DNA of 63,828 nt, the filler included, from Blastocystis sp. subtype 4 (taxonomy: Eukaryota): NCBI RefSeq assembly GCF_000743755.1. It is 18 parts of 18 records of this genome, joined end to end, with 100 filler letters (N's around TTAATTAATTAA, not from the genome) between each part and the next. Parts side by side here need not be neighbours in the genome. Positions count along the whole stretch, not along the records: positions 38,803 to 41,908 come from NW_014568954.1; positions 42,009 to 47,505 come from NW_014568953.1; positions 47,606 to 50,684 come from NW_014568952.1; positions 50,785 to 53,856 come from NW_014568951.1; 14 more parts are not named here. One strand, 5' to 3'. Shown here one piece after another: positions 39,758-51,187 of the stretch. Below the pieces are notes generated by a model. That model saw only the letters and a program-made list of their open reading frames with translations, searched no databases and had not been told where the DNA came from. The position numbers and the translations under genes were made by a program. Position 1 is the stretch's first letter. Each line of letters begins with the position of its first letter.

Positions 39758-40480
39758 ATGTCTTCACCTGAAGTTAGTAATAATGATCCTTTGCTGAATC
39801 CGGATCATCCATTATATGGGTTTGAATACATTACATCTGGTGATAATGGTTTGGTATTTAAGAAGAATAATCTAATCTATTTCCTATTTATAAAGTGTGT
39901 AGATAGAAAGAAAGAAGGAAAAGCTCTTATGAAACTCTTGGGAGAAGTCAAACCTGTTTGCATTTTGACTTATCAAAATGACAAGTTGAATGGAGAATGT
40001 ATTCGTATTGATGATAAAGGTTGTCAGTTGAAATGTACTTTGAAGGATGATATTTTGAATGGTCCTTTCTCTTCATATGATGAAAATGATACTCTGATTT
40101 GTCAAGGAGAGTACAAGAATGGAAATGAAGTATTCAGAGAGTTCCCTTCTTCTTCTAAGAAGGCTGCTGGAATAGCTGCTGGAATTGGAGCTGGAGTGGC
40201 TACTGGTGCTATTACACATGCACTAGGTGGAGTAGCAGCCTTACTTGGTTTTAGTTCTCCTGGAATAATTAGTGGTTCTGTAGCTGCTTCTGCTATGAGT
40301 GTTACATCAACAACTGGTCTTGGAGCTGGTCTTGTATCTGCTGCTCAAAGTGCTGGAGCTCTCTTCGTTAATGCTTTTGGAGGTAGTACTATTGTGGCTG
40401 CTGCTTCTGCTGCTGCTCCAGTTGTAGTAGCTGGAGCTGTGGGTTATGGTCTCTACAGATGGTTGAAGAGCGAAAAATGA
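39758..40480 (+). CDS. MORN-like repeat domain fused to an IFI27/ISG12-like domain
   Basis: N-terminal 'YQNDKLNGEC...LKDDILNGPFSSYDEND..ICQGEYKNG'; C-terminal 'LGFSSPGIISGSVAASAMS...LVSAAQSAGA'. Alternative ATG at 39731. Confidence 0.7.
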   Translation: MSSPEVSNNDPLLNPDHPLYGFEYITSGDNGLVFKKNNLIYFLFIKCVDRKKEGKALMKLLGEVKPVCILTYQNDKLNGECIRIDDKGCQLKCTLKDDILNGPFSSYDENDTLICQGEYKNGNEVFREFPSSSKKAAGIAAGIGAGVATGAITHALGGVAALLGFSSPGIISGSVAASAMSVTSTTGLGAGLVSAAQSAGALFVNAFGGSTIVAAASAAAPVVVAGAVGYGLYRWLKSEK

Positions 40481-40745
40481 TAGTTATGTCTGTATTGCTA
40501 TATGTTGCCATGTCTTTGTTTACACAGTAACTAGATTAAATAATAGTAATAAGGACTCAAGTCAGTTTCAGGATCTGTTAAGTTCAACAAATATGGGAAG
40601 CAAGTTCATGTGAACTCATTTAATGAATACGCAAAGCGAAGGGATTCTTATGAATGTGTTAAGAAGAATGTAATTGGTAGGCGAATTGAGTTGAATTGTC
40701 ACTTATCATTTTGGTTATCACTAGTGTCTTCCATAAACAAATACA

Positions 40746-41183
40746 TTATTGAAGTATTTCTTGTTTTTGTAGCAAGGATTTTACTACTGACGACTGAGAA
40801 GCCACTTTACACCAATTTTGAAAAGAATTCTTTACAGTATCTGTCATATTTTGAAAGGCTTCTGGATAATAAATGTAATAACCTACAGTTGCACCCACTA
40901 AGACTGGAACAGCAACAGCAGCAACAGCAACAACAACACTACCTCCAGTTGCATTCACGAAGAGAGCTCCAGCACTTTGAGCAGCAGATACAAGACTAGG
41001 TCCTATCCCAGTTTTCCATGCAATACTCATTGCAGAAGCAGCCAAAGTGTGAGCAATTATTCCAGGAGAAGAACAACCACCCAGAGCTACTGCAGCACCT
41101 AGTGCATTCGTAAGAGAAGCCACAGCAATTGCAGCTCCAGTACCAAAACAAATAGAAGTGAGAGCACGATGATTCTCAGCCAT
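40746..41183 (-). CDS. IFI27/ISG12-like protein; frame extends upstream to about 41430 through one TAA
   Basis: 'LGGCSSPGIIAHTLAASAMSIAWKTGIGPSLVSAAQSAGA'. ORF 41241-41450 is in the same frame. Confidence 0.65.
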   Translation of the reverse strand: MAENHRALTSICFGTGAAIAVASLTNALGAAVALGGCSSPGIIAHTLAASAMSIAWKTGIGPSLVSAAQSAGALFVNATGGSVVVAVAAVAVPVLVGATVGYYIYYPEAFQNMTDTVKNSFQNWCKVASQSSVVKSLLQKQEILQ

Positions 41184-42008
41184 ATACTTGAAATCATCAT
41201 GAATACAGGAAAGCAGATCAGCAACAGCACTCCCAGTTGATTACATCAACTGGTTAGCAGTATCCCTAATATATGGAATAACATCTGTTGAAACCAAAGA
41301 ACTAATTCCATTCATAGCAAATGCAGGATAAGTACAAGGATAATTTATAGCTGTCGATGGAGTCACCATCCATGTAGAGGATATCTTTTTATATACGTCT
41401 TCACCATATTCAATATTCATGTTTTCCATTATCAAATAATTCGATACCAATGGATGAAACTAATACGATAAAGTGGAACTTTCATCACAGAAGAATCACG
41501 TTTAGTCAGTAATCGATAAACATAGATTCAATACTAAATGTTAGGGATTTCAGTATCATGGATGTATTCATCGATTTCAAGAGTTTAGCTCAACAATTAA
41601 ATGGGTTTGAAGACATAATCTTCATTACTATCAATTTAGAAGTAAATATGTGGACTGATATGATATGAGAATAGAGATGATTCCCGCGGTATGAATAAGT
41701 GGAATGAAATGAGCCAATTAGTAATAATAACATAGAAAAAATGATTGATAATAAGAATATGAGTGTAGATAATGTTGAATCAATATCAAAGAAGATGAAT
41801 GGAGTAGACTGGAGACTGAAGTGGAAAGAGTACTTGAAAGAGAGTGTATTGAATGATAATAAGAATTGTATGTTGAATTTGAATGTTGATAAAGGAGAAA
41901 TGAGAGGANNNNNNNNNNNNNNNNNNNNNNNNNNNNNNNNNNNNNNNNNNNNTTAATTAATTAANNNNNNNNNNNNNNNNNNNNNNNNNNNNNNNNNNNN
42001 NNNNNNNN

Positions 42009-44632
42009 ATTATCATCTGTTGTTTGCTCATTCATCCGATGTTTGGTTCGCCACTTCTCATACAATGCACCTCGTTTCACCTTTGACTTTGATTTGATTA
42101 ACTGACCACTCTCATTCCGAATATGTGTGTTATCCTTCAGTTCACCCACTGTTCCTCTTACATATCGTTTTCGCTTGTTATCCCAACGAACAATCTTTCT
42201 CTTACTTGTCATTGACTGAGCATCATCAGGCATCAACTCAAACAAAGCATCATTCATTGAAGCTGTTAGTTTTGCTACATCATCTCGTTCAACACCTAAG
42301 AAGTCCTGATCAGCAGATCGTGTGAGAGGCATTTCAGGACTGATATAATGTTCATCATCTCGATAGGACTTCTAACTCTCATTCATATTTGATATGACTA
42401 CCTCTTCAGTTGGTACTTCAACTGTATGCTTCATCAGCTCCTTCACATTGATGGTTTTCTGTCCTGATTTCTTCAACATCGCTCGCATTGCTTTGCTGAT
42501 TCGTGGTTTACTCAAGGTTGGATGTTCCTTCTGTTCTGTCAAATGATCAGCTTCTGCGATCTCACGTTCATGTTCATTCAAATACGCCTCCTCCTTTGCT
42601 TCTTCTTCTGTTCATCATTCTTCATCATTCATTCAAACCTTGTTTCTTTGTTTCTTCTCGTTTTCGTTCAATAGACCATTGATGTGCCTTTCTCTTCTTC
42701 ATCATCATCTCATGTTCATTCTCTCCTTTCATCCTTACTTCACTCCCATTCTTTCCTCGTTCTAGTTCCCATATGGTACTTTTGGGTCGATATTCATGAA
42801 TGTCTTCACGGACTTGTTCCAATACTAATCCTTCTTGAGGGACATGAGAGAGGAGAAGAGGATGAATTGGAGTGATATCAACTGAAGATGAACGTTGTTT
42901 GCTCAGTTTGCTTGCCTTACTCCGTGTCTTCTGATATAGTTCATTTCTGTCATGTTAATGTGATAATCAGTCAATCAGTCGATCAATCAATCAATCATTA
43001 ACACTCACATCCATCACTCATCACTTACGCATGAATCATTGACTGCTCCAACTGCCATATCTCATCATCCTCTGCTATTAAGGCTTCAATTGTATGACAT
43101 TCCTCATCCAATACAGATCGTGGGAATCTACCATAATGAACTCGTTCAGGTGTTAATTCAGACCACGAATATCTTCAGTTCATTCAACTCTCATTCAATT
43201 ACCCTTCAGATGAAGATTCCAAAGGACGACCTAAATACAATAGAATGTCCAAAAGATAGGGTATTTCTGTCATTGTCACCTATTCCTTAGAATTCATTCT
43301 AACCACTACCAAAACTACAGCAGCACCATCACGACCTCCTCTTGCTGTTCGACCTGTTCGATGAACAAACAATTTGGGAGAGGAAGGACAATCAAAATGA
43401 ATGACTGTATTCACAATCGGAATATCCAAACCACGAGCAGCCACATCTGTTACAACCAAAATAGGAAGTTGATTCTTCTGAAACAGAGATAAGTTGTGCA
43501 TACGATTTGTCAATTCCATAGAACCATAGATTGCTGCTGCATTCAGATTGTTATGTTTCAAAATCGACTAATTGACACTTATATACACAATTCTTACAAC
43601 CACAAATTCGGCATGATGTCGTGTTGCCACAAATACTAACACACCCTGAGGATTTGGAATGATCTCTCGAAGCAAATACACCAAACCACCAATCTTCTCT
43701 TCCTGAGTGATTATCTCAATAACTCAACAGTACCTGTCGGATGAGGAAGAATGAGTTACATAGTGTGGGAGATAGCTTGTTATCAGTATCAAGTCGAACC
43801 ATTTCAGCATCATGCAAGCCAGCACGCGAAAACTCTAATAACATTGATGGAAGAGTAGCTGAAATCAACATAGATTGGCGATTAGAGGGCAGTTGACGAC
43901 AAATTTCGTTCAGCTGAGGAGCAAAACCCAATTCGAAGAGTTGATCAGCTTCATCATAGCAAACCTAGATTAAGAATTCTACAAATAGATATGAAATTGG
44001 ATATGAATTCAACAGATTTCAATTTGAAGTCTGGAATCTCCATCAACAAATGCATCAAACGACCTGGAGTGGCAAAGATAATATCAGGATTCTTAGAAAT
44101 GGCTTCAAAGTGTTGTTCAATCGACTCTCCTCCAACAATCACACAAGAACGGAGAGTAGTAAAGTGAGCAATCTTCCTACACACTTGAAATGATTGATAT
44201 GCCAATTCACGAGTCGGAGACAATACAATACCACGTATTCCTCCTGAGGTGTGATGTTCCTTCAACTTCTCCACCATTGGAATAATGAAAGCAGCCGTCT
44301 TTCCACTTCCTAATCAATTATCCATGCTATTCATTCTTTCTTACCTGTTCTTGCCATCGCAACAACATCTTTTCCACTCAAAGCAACAGGAATACTTGCT
44401 TTCTGAATAGGAGTTGGCAACTTATATCCCATTCTCAAAACACCTGAGAGAATCGGCTTACTCAGACCCATCTTTTGAAATGATCCATTTTTCTTTGCAT
44501 TCGATTTTGAAGCTCTTTATAATCACAAATATCATTCAAATTGTACGTTACTCCACTAGGAACAGTAGTGAGTTCATCAATCTTCTCTTCATCAATTTCA
44601 TCTTCCATAAGCTCTTCTAATTCCTTTTCCAT
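42009..44632 (-). CDS. DBP10: DEAD-box RNA helicase DBP10/DDX54 (3' truncated)
   Basis: [37 protein letters not shown] and a DBP10CT-like '[10 protein letters not shown]...IRNESGQLI...LYEKW'. Confidence 0.88.
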
Positions 44633-44738
44633 TCTTACTTTCCAAATCGAGTGTTACAAACAGAACACCAAAGAAAAAGGTGATCTCTTCTATCAACAAA
44701 CAATTCAATCATGAAAAATCAAAAAGAATCACAGAACG

Positions 44739-47505
44739 TCATTCAGCCCAATCACTTTTCAACACAGAGGCCAACAACTCCTTCAATAAACGTTTCTCTA
44801 AAGAGATGTAACGATTCAGAAGTGTCAGTTGGTCACTGTATTGACCTCGTCTACTCTTCAACTCCTTCTTCTTCCTTACCTTGACCGCATTTTATCACTA
44901 AGGGCTACTGCTACTGTGATATATTCGCCCATTCTCTCTTTGATTGCACTCACTAACAACTCTTTTCGAGATTCTCTTGTTGTTATGTCCTTTTGCTTCA
45001 AAATGGACAGAATGGTAATAAAACTATCTGGGATCATATTCACAGAAGGTTGAAGACAGAATTGCTCATAAGAATGAAATCCTTTCTCTTCAAGCTTCTG
45101 TAGTTTACTCTATTTCTAATCATGTTCTAATCTCCAGTACATCAAAATCAGGATCTTCAGTTGACAAGTCCAGAGACCACAACACACAATCTCTCTTCAA
45201 AGCCAGTAATAAGTCTCCTCGATATCTTCAAATCAATTCTACACTAACATATACCAATTCGGGAATCCCTGCTTCAGAACATAGTCCTTCGTAAATCGGG
45301 TTGAATCTCTTGAAATCACGACATAAGAGTTATTTTCATGACGAATCTCCGCGTATTCACCAACTTCCTGATACAAACTATTCTGACCAAACATCAGTGG
45401 AGGAAGTAGGAGTTGATGACCTTCACAGAAAACACTTTTGGATTCAAATACAAGATAAGACCACTAAACATCATGACTTCCTGTCAATCTCACCAGATAT
45501 CGTTCGAATGTGAATAGTTTTGATGTAATGAACTCTTTTCGTAACAGTCCATTGCTACGAAGCATCTTCTCAGTAAGTTCATAATCGAGCCGAATTGTGG
45601 AATTCAATGCTTTCAACTGCTGGAATACACAACTTCCATACAAGGCTAATGCTGTATCCTCTGCTAACAAGAGAGGATGATTGATTTGATGGAGAGATGG
45701 AAGTAGAAGAAGGAAGGAAGCATATTCTGACCAACGCTCATTCTCAAATCGTTNCCATTCTTCTCTATTCATACAACAAGACAAGAATCACTAAGAGATT
45801 CTCAGACATTCCATCCTTATAAAATGATGTGAAAATCGCTCCGAATTTGGGATGACGCAAAACAGTCTCAATTCCGATAGTGGCTGTCTATCAATCAGAC
45901 ACAATGAACTCATTCACCTCTTGTAGTACCAACACTTCATCTCCTTCCTTCACCTCCTGTTTAGCAATCAATCCATATCCACCCCATGCAGTACTTGTGA
46001 CACTGATCCTCACAGACTCACTATGAAGCTTCACCCAGTCATTGAGAGATAGGATTGGCTATGGTTCTATTCCTTCCTCATTCTTACTTCATTCAATTCT
46101 GGTTCTTTCTGTGTCTCAGGATCGATATGATCAATACTCAAATGATGAATTGCCAGATCCAATAAGTGCTTCCGACTGATTCGCCATTGATAAGCCAATT
46201 GATCTACTTCACTCATCTCTCGCCTATGACGATGTAATGTCAACTATGCATCATTCCTACTCCATAGAAGGACATGGTCATGACTGATGCTCGTATGATA
46301 GTAAGACTTGACTGTTAACAGATGCATCCGAAGAGAGTCTTTCAGCTCATCCTTCATTGACTCCCATAGAGATTTCGAATTCTCTGTCCAGATTCCCATG
46401 GCACATTGATGAATTTCAGTTGTCTCCCACTGTGAATCATCTCGCTTCAAAACAGTCTGTTCATAATACTCCAAACATTGTTCGAGATGCTCCTGTGTTG
46501 CATTCCGAAGCAAGAAGAATGCAAGCTGACGATCATTCAAGAAACGAGTGATATCGAGACACATTGCATCATCAGAAGGATAACCAAGAGTGAGAAGCAC
46601 ACGAGACAATAGTGGAGAAGGAGGAGTATCAAATGGGAGAGGAATCAACAAACAATCATGAATGTTACTGATTGGTGTGAAGGCATGTTGAAGGAGATAA
46701 ACATATGATGGATACCTCTCATAATCAAGATAGACTTGACGACCTGGCTTGATTGGTTTATCTGTGATCACTCGAACGATTCCTTGTGTAGTATCAATAT
46801 GATGAGTAAGTTCAGGAGAACGATCAATGAATGTGTACGGCTAAATATCATCAATTCAATTCATAGAAACACTATCTGTAGAGATGTAATTCCGAAAGTC
46901 CATAAGAGGAATTAGAAGCCTATGTTTAGTTATAGAACGAGTGATTGCCATTGTGTAACCCCAAATGAAACCTGAATAACTACAACCCCATAAACGATCT
47001 TTCCATGATCCATCCACTGTTAGGAAGTATGGACACATATGATGTGAAAATGAGTAATAACTCTGGAAATACTCTCGTTGCTGACNATCTCTTTGTTTGA
47101 AAAGGTAGCTACGGTCAGTGGATGAGAAGGAAGGACCTGAAAGGAACAAAACAGAACACAGCTACTTGAATCCATGAATACCATTTTGATTTCGTTCCTT
47201 TAATCCGTTCTTGAATTAGATATGCTGTTAGAATCAAATCAGGATCGAGCTGTAGAAAGCGATCATATTCTTCCTCTGGAATCCATTTCATCACATTTTC
47301 AGGTGATCTAGAGAATAAGGAGACAAACCAACACATCCCACATCACATCGTCTAAAGCGATTTCCATTAATGTGGCATTCTTTGGAATCAATTTCGTTGC
47401 TCTTAGACCTACAAAGTCACTTCTGTTCTTCATTTTCACCTCTTCCCATTCTAGCATATTCAACAATCTCAACAGGAGCAACAGTTGCTAAATCTAAACG
47501 AATCA
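44739..47505 (-). CDS. SET-domain lysine methyltransferase (Rubisco-LSMT/SETD3-like), probably two SET modules (5' truncated)
   Basis: 'YLIQERIKGTKSKWYSWI', 'FIWGYTMAITRS...LIPLMDFRN', 'PIKPGRQVYLDY...YLLQHAF'; second module near 46000 ('GYGLIAKQEVKEGDEVL'). Confidence 0.65.
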
Positions 47506-47670
47506 NNNNNNNNNNNNNNNNNNNNNNNNNNNNNNNNNNNNNNNNNNNNTTAATTAATTAANNNNNNNNNNNNNNNNNNNNNNNNNNNNNNNNNNNNNNN
47601 NNNNNAAATGTTGTCACTCTTAGGAGCCTCACGACTCTTGTGTCCGCATTTGCGACCTCCAGCAATCAAG

Positions 47671-48882
47671 TCAATACCCTAAATATCGGTTAATTTCCAT
47701 CCTAACCTCAAGTGGATTTTGAACATAATGTAAACAAGTTCCTACCATCTAGTGTGAAAAGGTGAATAAGAAACAAAAGAGAAGGCCCAACCCAATTTGT
47801 ATTATCCAGGGGGTACGAACTAACAAACAGACTCATTTCTTAGCCCAATCGGGAGCTAGATCCTCCGCTAGACCGCAATCTTGTATCAATTCATAAACTT
47901 GTTTTGGATTTAAACTATAAATGCCTTGATTAACAGGAGCCTGTTCATCTTCATCTGCTGCATGTGTCAACTGTAATACTGCGCAACCATTATCTTTTAT
48001 ATTAACTCCTAACCTTCCATTTGCAATTAAGAAGGAACCAGCAAAGAAGTTCTCTACTGTCTACTCATCACTCCACTCAGGAACTGCGACTTTTGAAAAT
48101 GAATCTTTATCCAGAAACATCTTCATCATATCTACCTCTTTCACTGAATTCTTTGCCATCTCCCTTTTAATTCGTTTATGAAGTGTACGAGTACTCTTCG
48201 TAAACTAACCTTCACACAATAAAAGAATTAATACCTCATTCTCTTCCTGAGTGGGAACAGTGGAAGCAGAATGTTCGGGTTCGACCTCTCTCTCCTCTTT
48301 CCTCCTTTTTGATCCCTCTTCTGGAGTCTTCTCAGCACCTCGTTTTGACGACTGTTTAGGAATAGATGAATAGAGAGCGCCATTTCTACATTACATTCGT
48401 AGCAATCCAAATACAAAAATACAATAGTGCCAGCATTACAGAATAGGGACGTAACATCTCGACCAAGTTGATTCCAATCAATCCACTCACTATTTGGAAG
48501 TCTGTAGGAATCCTTCAAAACTGTCCAAACATCTTCTGGACTTGGCTATGATAAAAGAAGTGTGAAAGAAATCACTTTAATGTAGCCCCGTTGGAGTTTT
48601 CTAGTTTTTTCTAATCCTAGATACGTCAAGTCAACCAGCGATTCAGCAAATCGGTTGGCATTGGTTGCAGACCTTTCTGGTGATCATTTCAGGAACAAAT
48701 GAAACCTACCACAATCAATTTCCGATAATTCCTTTAGAACAGGCCGAAGATCCGCCGATAAGATATCGTCCTGCATCTTTTGAAATCCTAGAAGTATCAC
48801 AACAACTTCATCAGATACCAGCAATCTTGTCACTGATGGAGTTAATTGCATTTGTAAACTCCTGTGGCTTTCGCCCCGACAT
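47671..48882 (-). CDS. NSE4: Smc5/6 kleisin NSE4/EID3-like protein
   Basis: 'IDWNQLGR' and spliced 'DSFSK|TVENFFAGSFLIANGRL' match the Nse4 'F..TVENLF..SFLI.DG' motif. Confidence 0.7.
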
Positions 48883-49179
48883 AATGTGGAATACGGGGTA
48901 TTTTGACAACTCTATTGGGCAAGGAGGAATAAAACTCCTAGGATGTCACAAGCCCATTTTCGATGGCTTGAATAGTCCCAATTCTAGCAAACGAATCGGA
49001 ACCGATATCTCACCATTTATTAAGTAACTTAATAATGTTTAACCTGTTTAAGAAGGTTTGAATTGGATTGGATGTATTAACATGTAGAAAGATAAGGTTT
49101 GAAAGGATGTATTTGGAATTATGAGTAGAAGGATAAGGTGAATGTTGAAAGGCGCACAATAAGTAGGAAAGTACTATGG

Positions 49180-50458
49180 TTAGATTATTTCCAGACTACA
49201 CGCATCGTAATGATAATGCTGAACAAGCCCTGGAGGATTGGAATGCAGTCGGTAAGTGGTACTTCGCTTTATTGATCGAAAGAAACCAATGAGCTTGACA
49301 ATGAGGAAAAGAAGGAGTTGGAAGGAAGTAAGATTACACAAGAGGACTTGAAGAACCATCCTCAGGAAGTCCGTGAAGTTGCCCATTTCAGCATGAATCT
49401 GAGAATGCAGAGTCGTGCAACTGTTGATGCCTACATCAGCAATGGTAGAAACAGAATCATGGTTTCATTGTAGTTGTGAATATGAAGGGTGAAGATCCTC
49501 GTTTGGTATATTCAGATTGGCAGAAGCTTGGCAAAGGTTCATTTGGAGTGGTGTAAGTGGATTATTCTCTTTATGATGTTCAGATACCGTGTGACGTTGA
49601 ATGGTCAGTATTATGCTATAAAGGTCCTTGAAGATAATAATAACATGCTTGTTCTTCAACGTGAGATTGCTTTCCAGATCCGTTCACAATGTCAAAACAT
49701 TGTTATGTTTTATGATACATATCTATTTGATCGTAAGATTTGGGTATCTGGTTCCTATTGTTATTCATTGTAGATTGTGATGGAATATCTGGATCGAGGC
49801 AGTCTCGCTGATCTTTTGGATACTCAAGTAGCATTCCCAGAGGAAGCTATTGCTTATGTAACAAAGGAGGTTTTACAGGCCCTTCTTTATATGCATCAGC
49901 GACATGAGATTCATCGCGGTACATGTTTAGTGATATTGTAATCCATAGATATCAAGAGTGTTAATATTCTCCTTGATAAGGATGGTCATGTTAAGGTAGC
50001 AGACTTTGGAGGAGCTGTTGTTCTAACAAAGGAGGATAATTCTCGTACATCACTTGTTGGTACTCCTCATTGGATGGCTCCTGAACTGATTCGTCATATG
50101 CCTTATAAGGAATCGGTTGATATTTGGTCGTTGGGTATAACTGTATTGGAAATGGCAGAAGGAGTTCCTCCTTATTCGGATATTAATGATGGCATGAAAG
50201 CAATGCTAAAGATTGTTATGGAAGGAGCTCCTGCCTTGCAAGAGCCATCACAGTGGTCAGAACAATTTAATGACTTTGTAGGATGCATGTTAGAGAAGAA
50301 TGTAGGAACTATGAAAAGGAATAATGGATAGCCTGAATTACGTGCTTCTGCTTTGCAGTTGTTAAAGCATCCTTTCTTGCAATGTGCTTATTCCCGTGAA
50401 CAATTTGCGCAGTTCATTAAATTATCATATGAACTTGCAGAATCTTATTCTGGACAAT
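49180..50458 (+). CDS. STE20/PAK-family Ser/Thr kinase; stop probably created by polyadenylation
   Basis: GKGSFG, YAIK, IVMEYLDRGSL, IHR|DIKSVNILL, VADFG, VGTPHWMAPE, DIWSLGITVLEMAEG.PPY. In-frame T at 50458 is separated from TGTTTGTT (50463) by 4 nt. Start uncertain. Confidence 0.85.
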
Positions 50459-50784
50459 CTCTTGTTTGTTTCCATACAGGTTTCAAAGCATTGTGTTTGG
50501 AAACAATCATTATCTTTAGGAAAGAGGATAAATGAGTCAATTCTTCATCTTGCGTTCCTGAATCTCATAGGCAAGTGTCTGATTAATGATATTGGCAGCA
50601 GGTCCAGTGAATTGAATAGGACCAGGGAAACTGTAACAATCATTCAATCTCCATTCTTTTGATTGTTCCACAAACTGTTTGTATNNNNNNNNNNNNNNNN
50701 NNNNNNNNNNNNNNNNNNNNNNNNNNNNTTAATTAATTAANNNNNNNNNNNNNNNNNNNNNNNNNNNNNNNNNNNNNNNNNNNN

Positions 50785-51085
50785 GATTTTCCATTTTGCT
50801 ATTTTGGAAAATCAATCCATTTTGCAAAATCAAGTTGCTAATTTGGAAAATCGACCCCTTTATACCTTTCCATTTTACCATTTGATCTTTGATCAAAATG
50901 TTGCAGAGCAACTATGTAAGAGTTTTATGAAATTGACCCGTCACTCCGTCACTCCGTCACTCTTCCCTATGTTTAGGCTAGATTATGTGGATTTGATCTA
51001 CGATCAAAAGAGTTCATGCTTTGAAGATTGTTTAGGAAGGTGACGGCAGATTTCTTGATGATCCATTTCCCCAAAGTGAAATCAG
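50785..51085 (+). repeat. Left inverted repeat arm
   Basis: 50785-50883 is the exact reverse complement of 53758-53856. Further matching blocks: 50918-50961 / 53712-53754, 51037-51053 / 53652-53668, 51063-51080 / 53623-53640. Confidence 0.92.
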
Positions 51086-51187
51086 AAGTATCGAGTGTAA
51101 ACTGGATAGTCCGTTGAAACTCTACTTAAAGAATTGATTATTATAACTAAACAGTGATTTCTATTTTTCTGTCCTAATATAAACAAA

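Noticed and set aside
40610..40999. ORF with a poly-Q tract
   Set aside because: Antisense shadow of the Val/Ala-rich segment of the ISG12-like gene on the minus strand.
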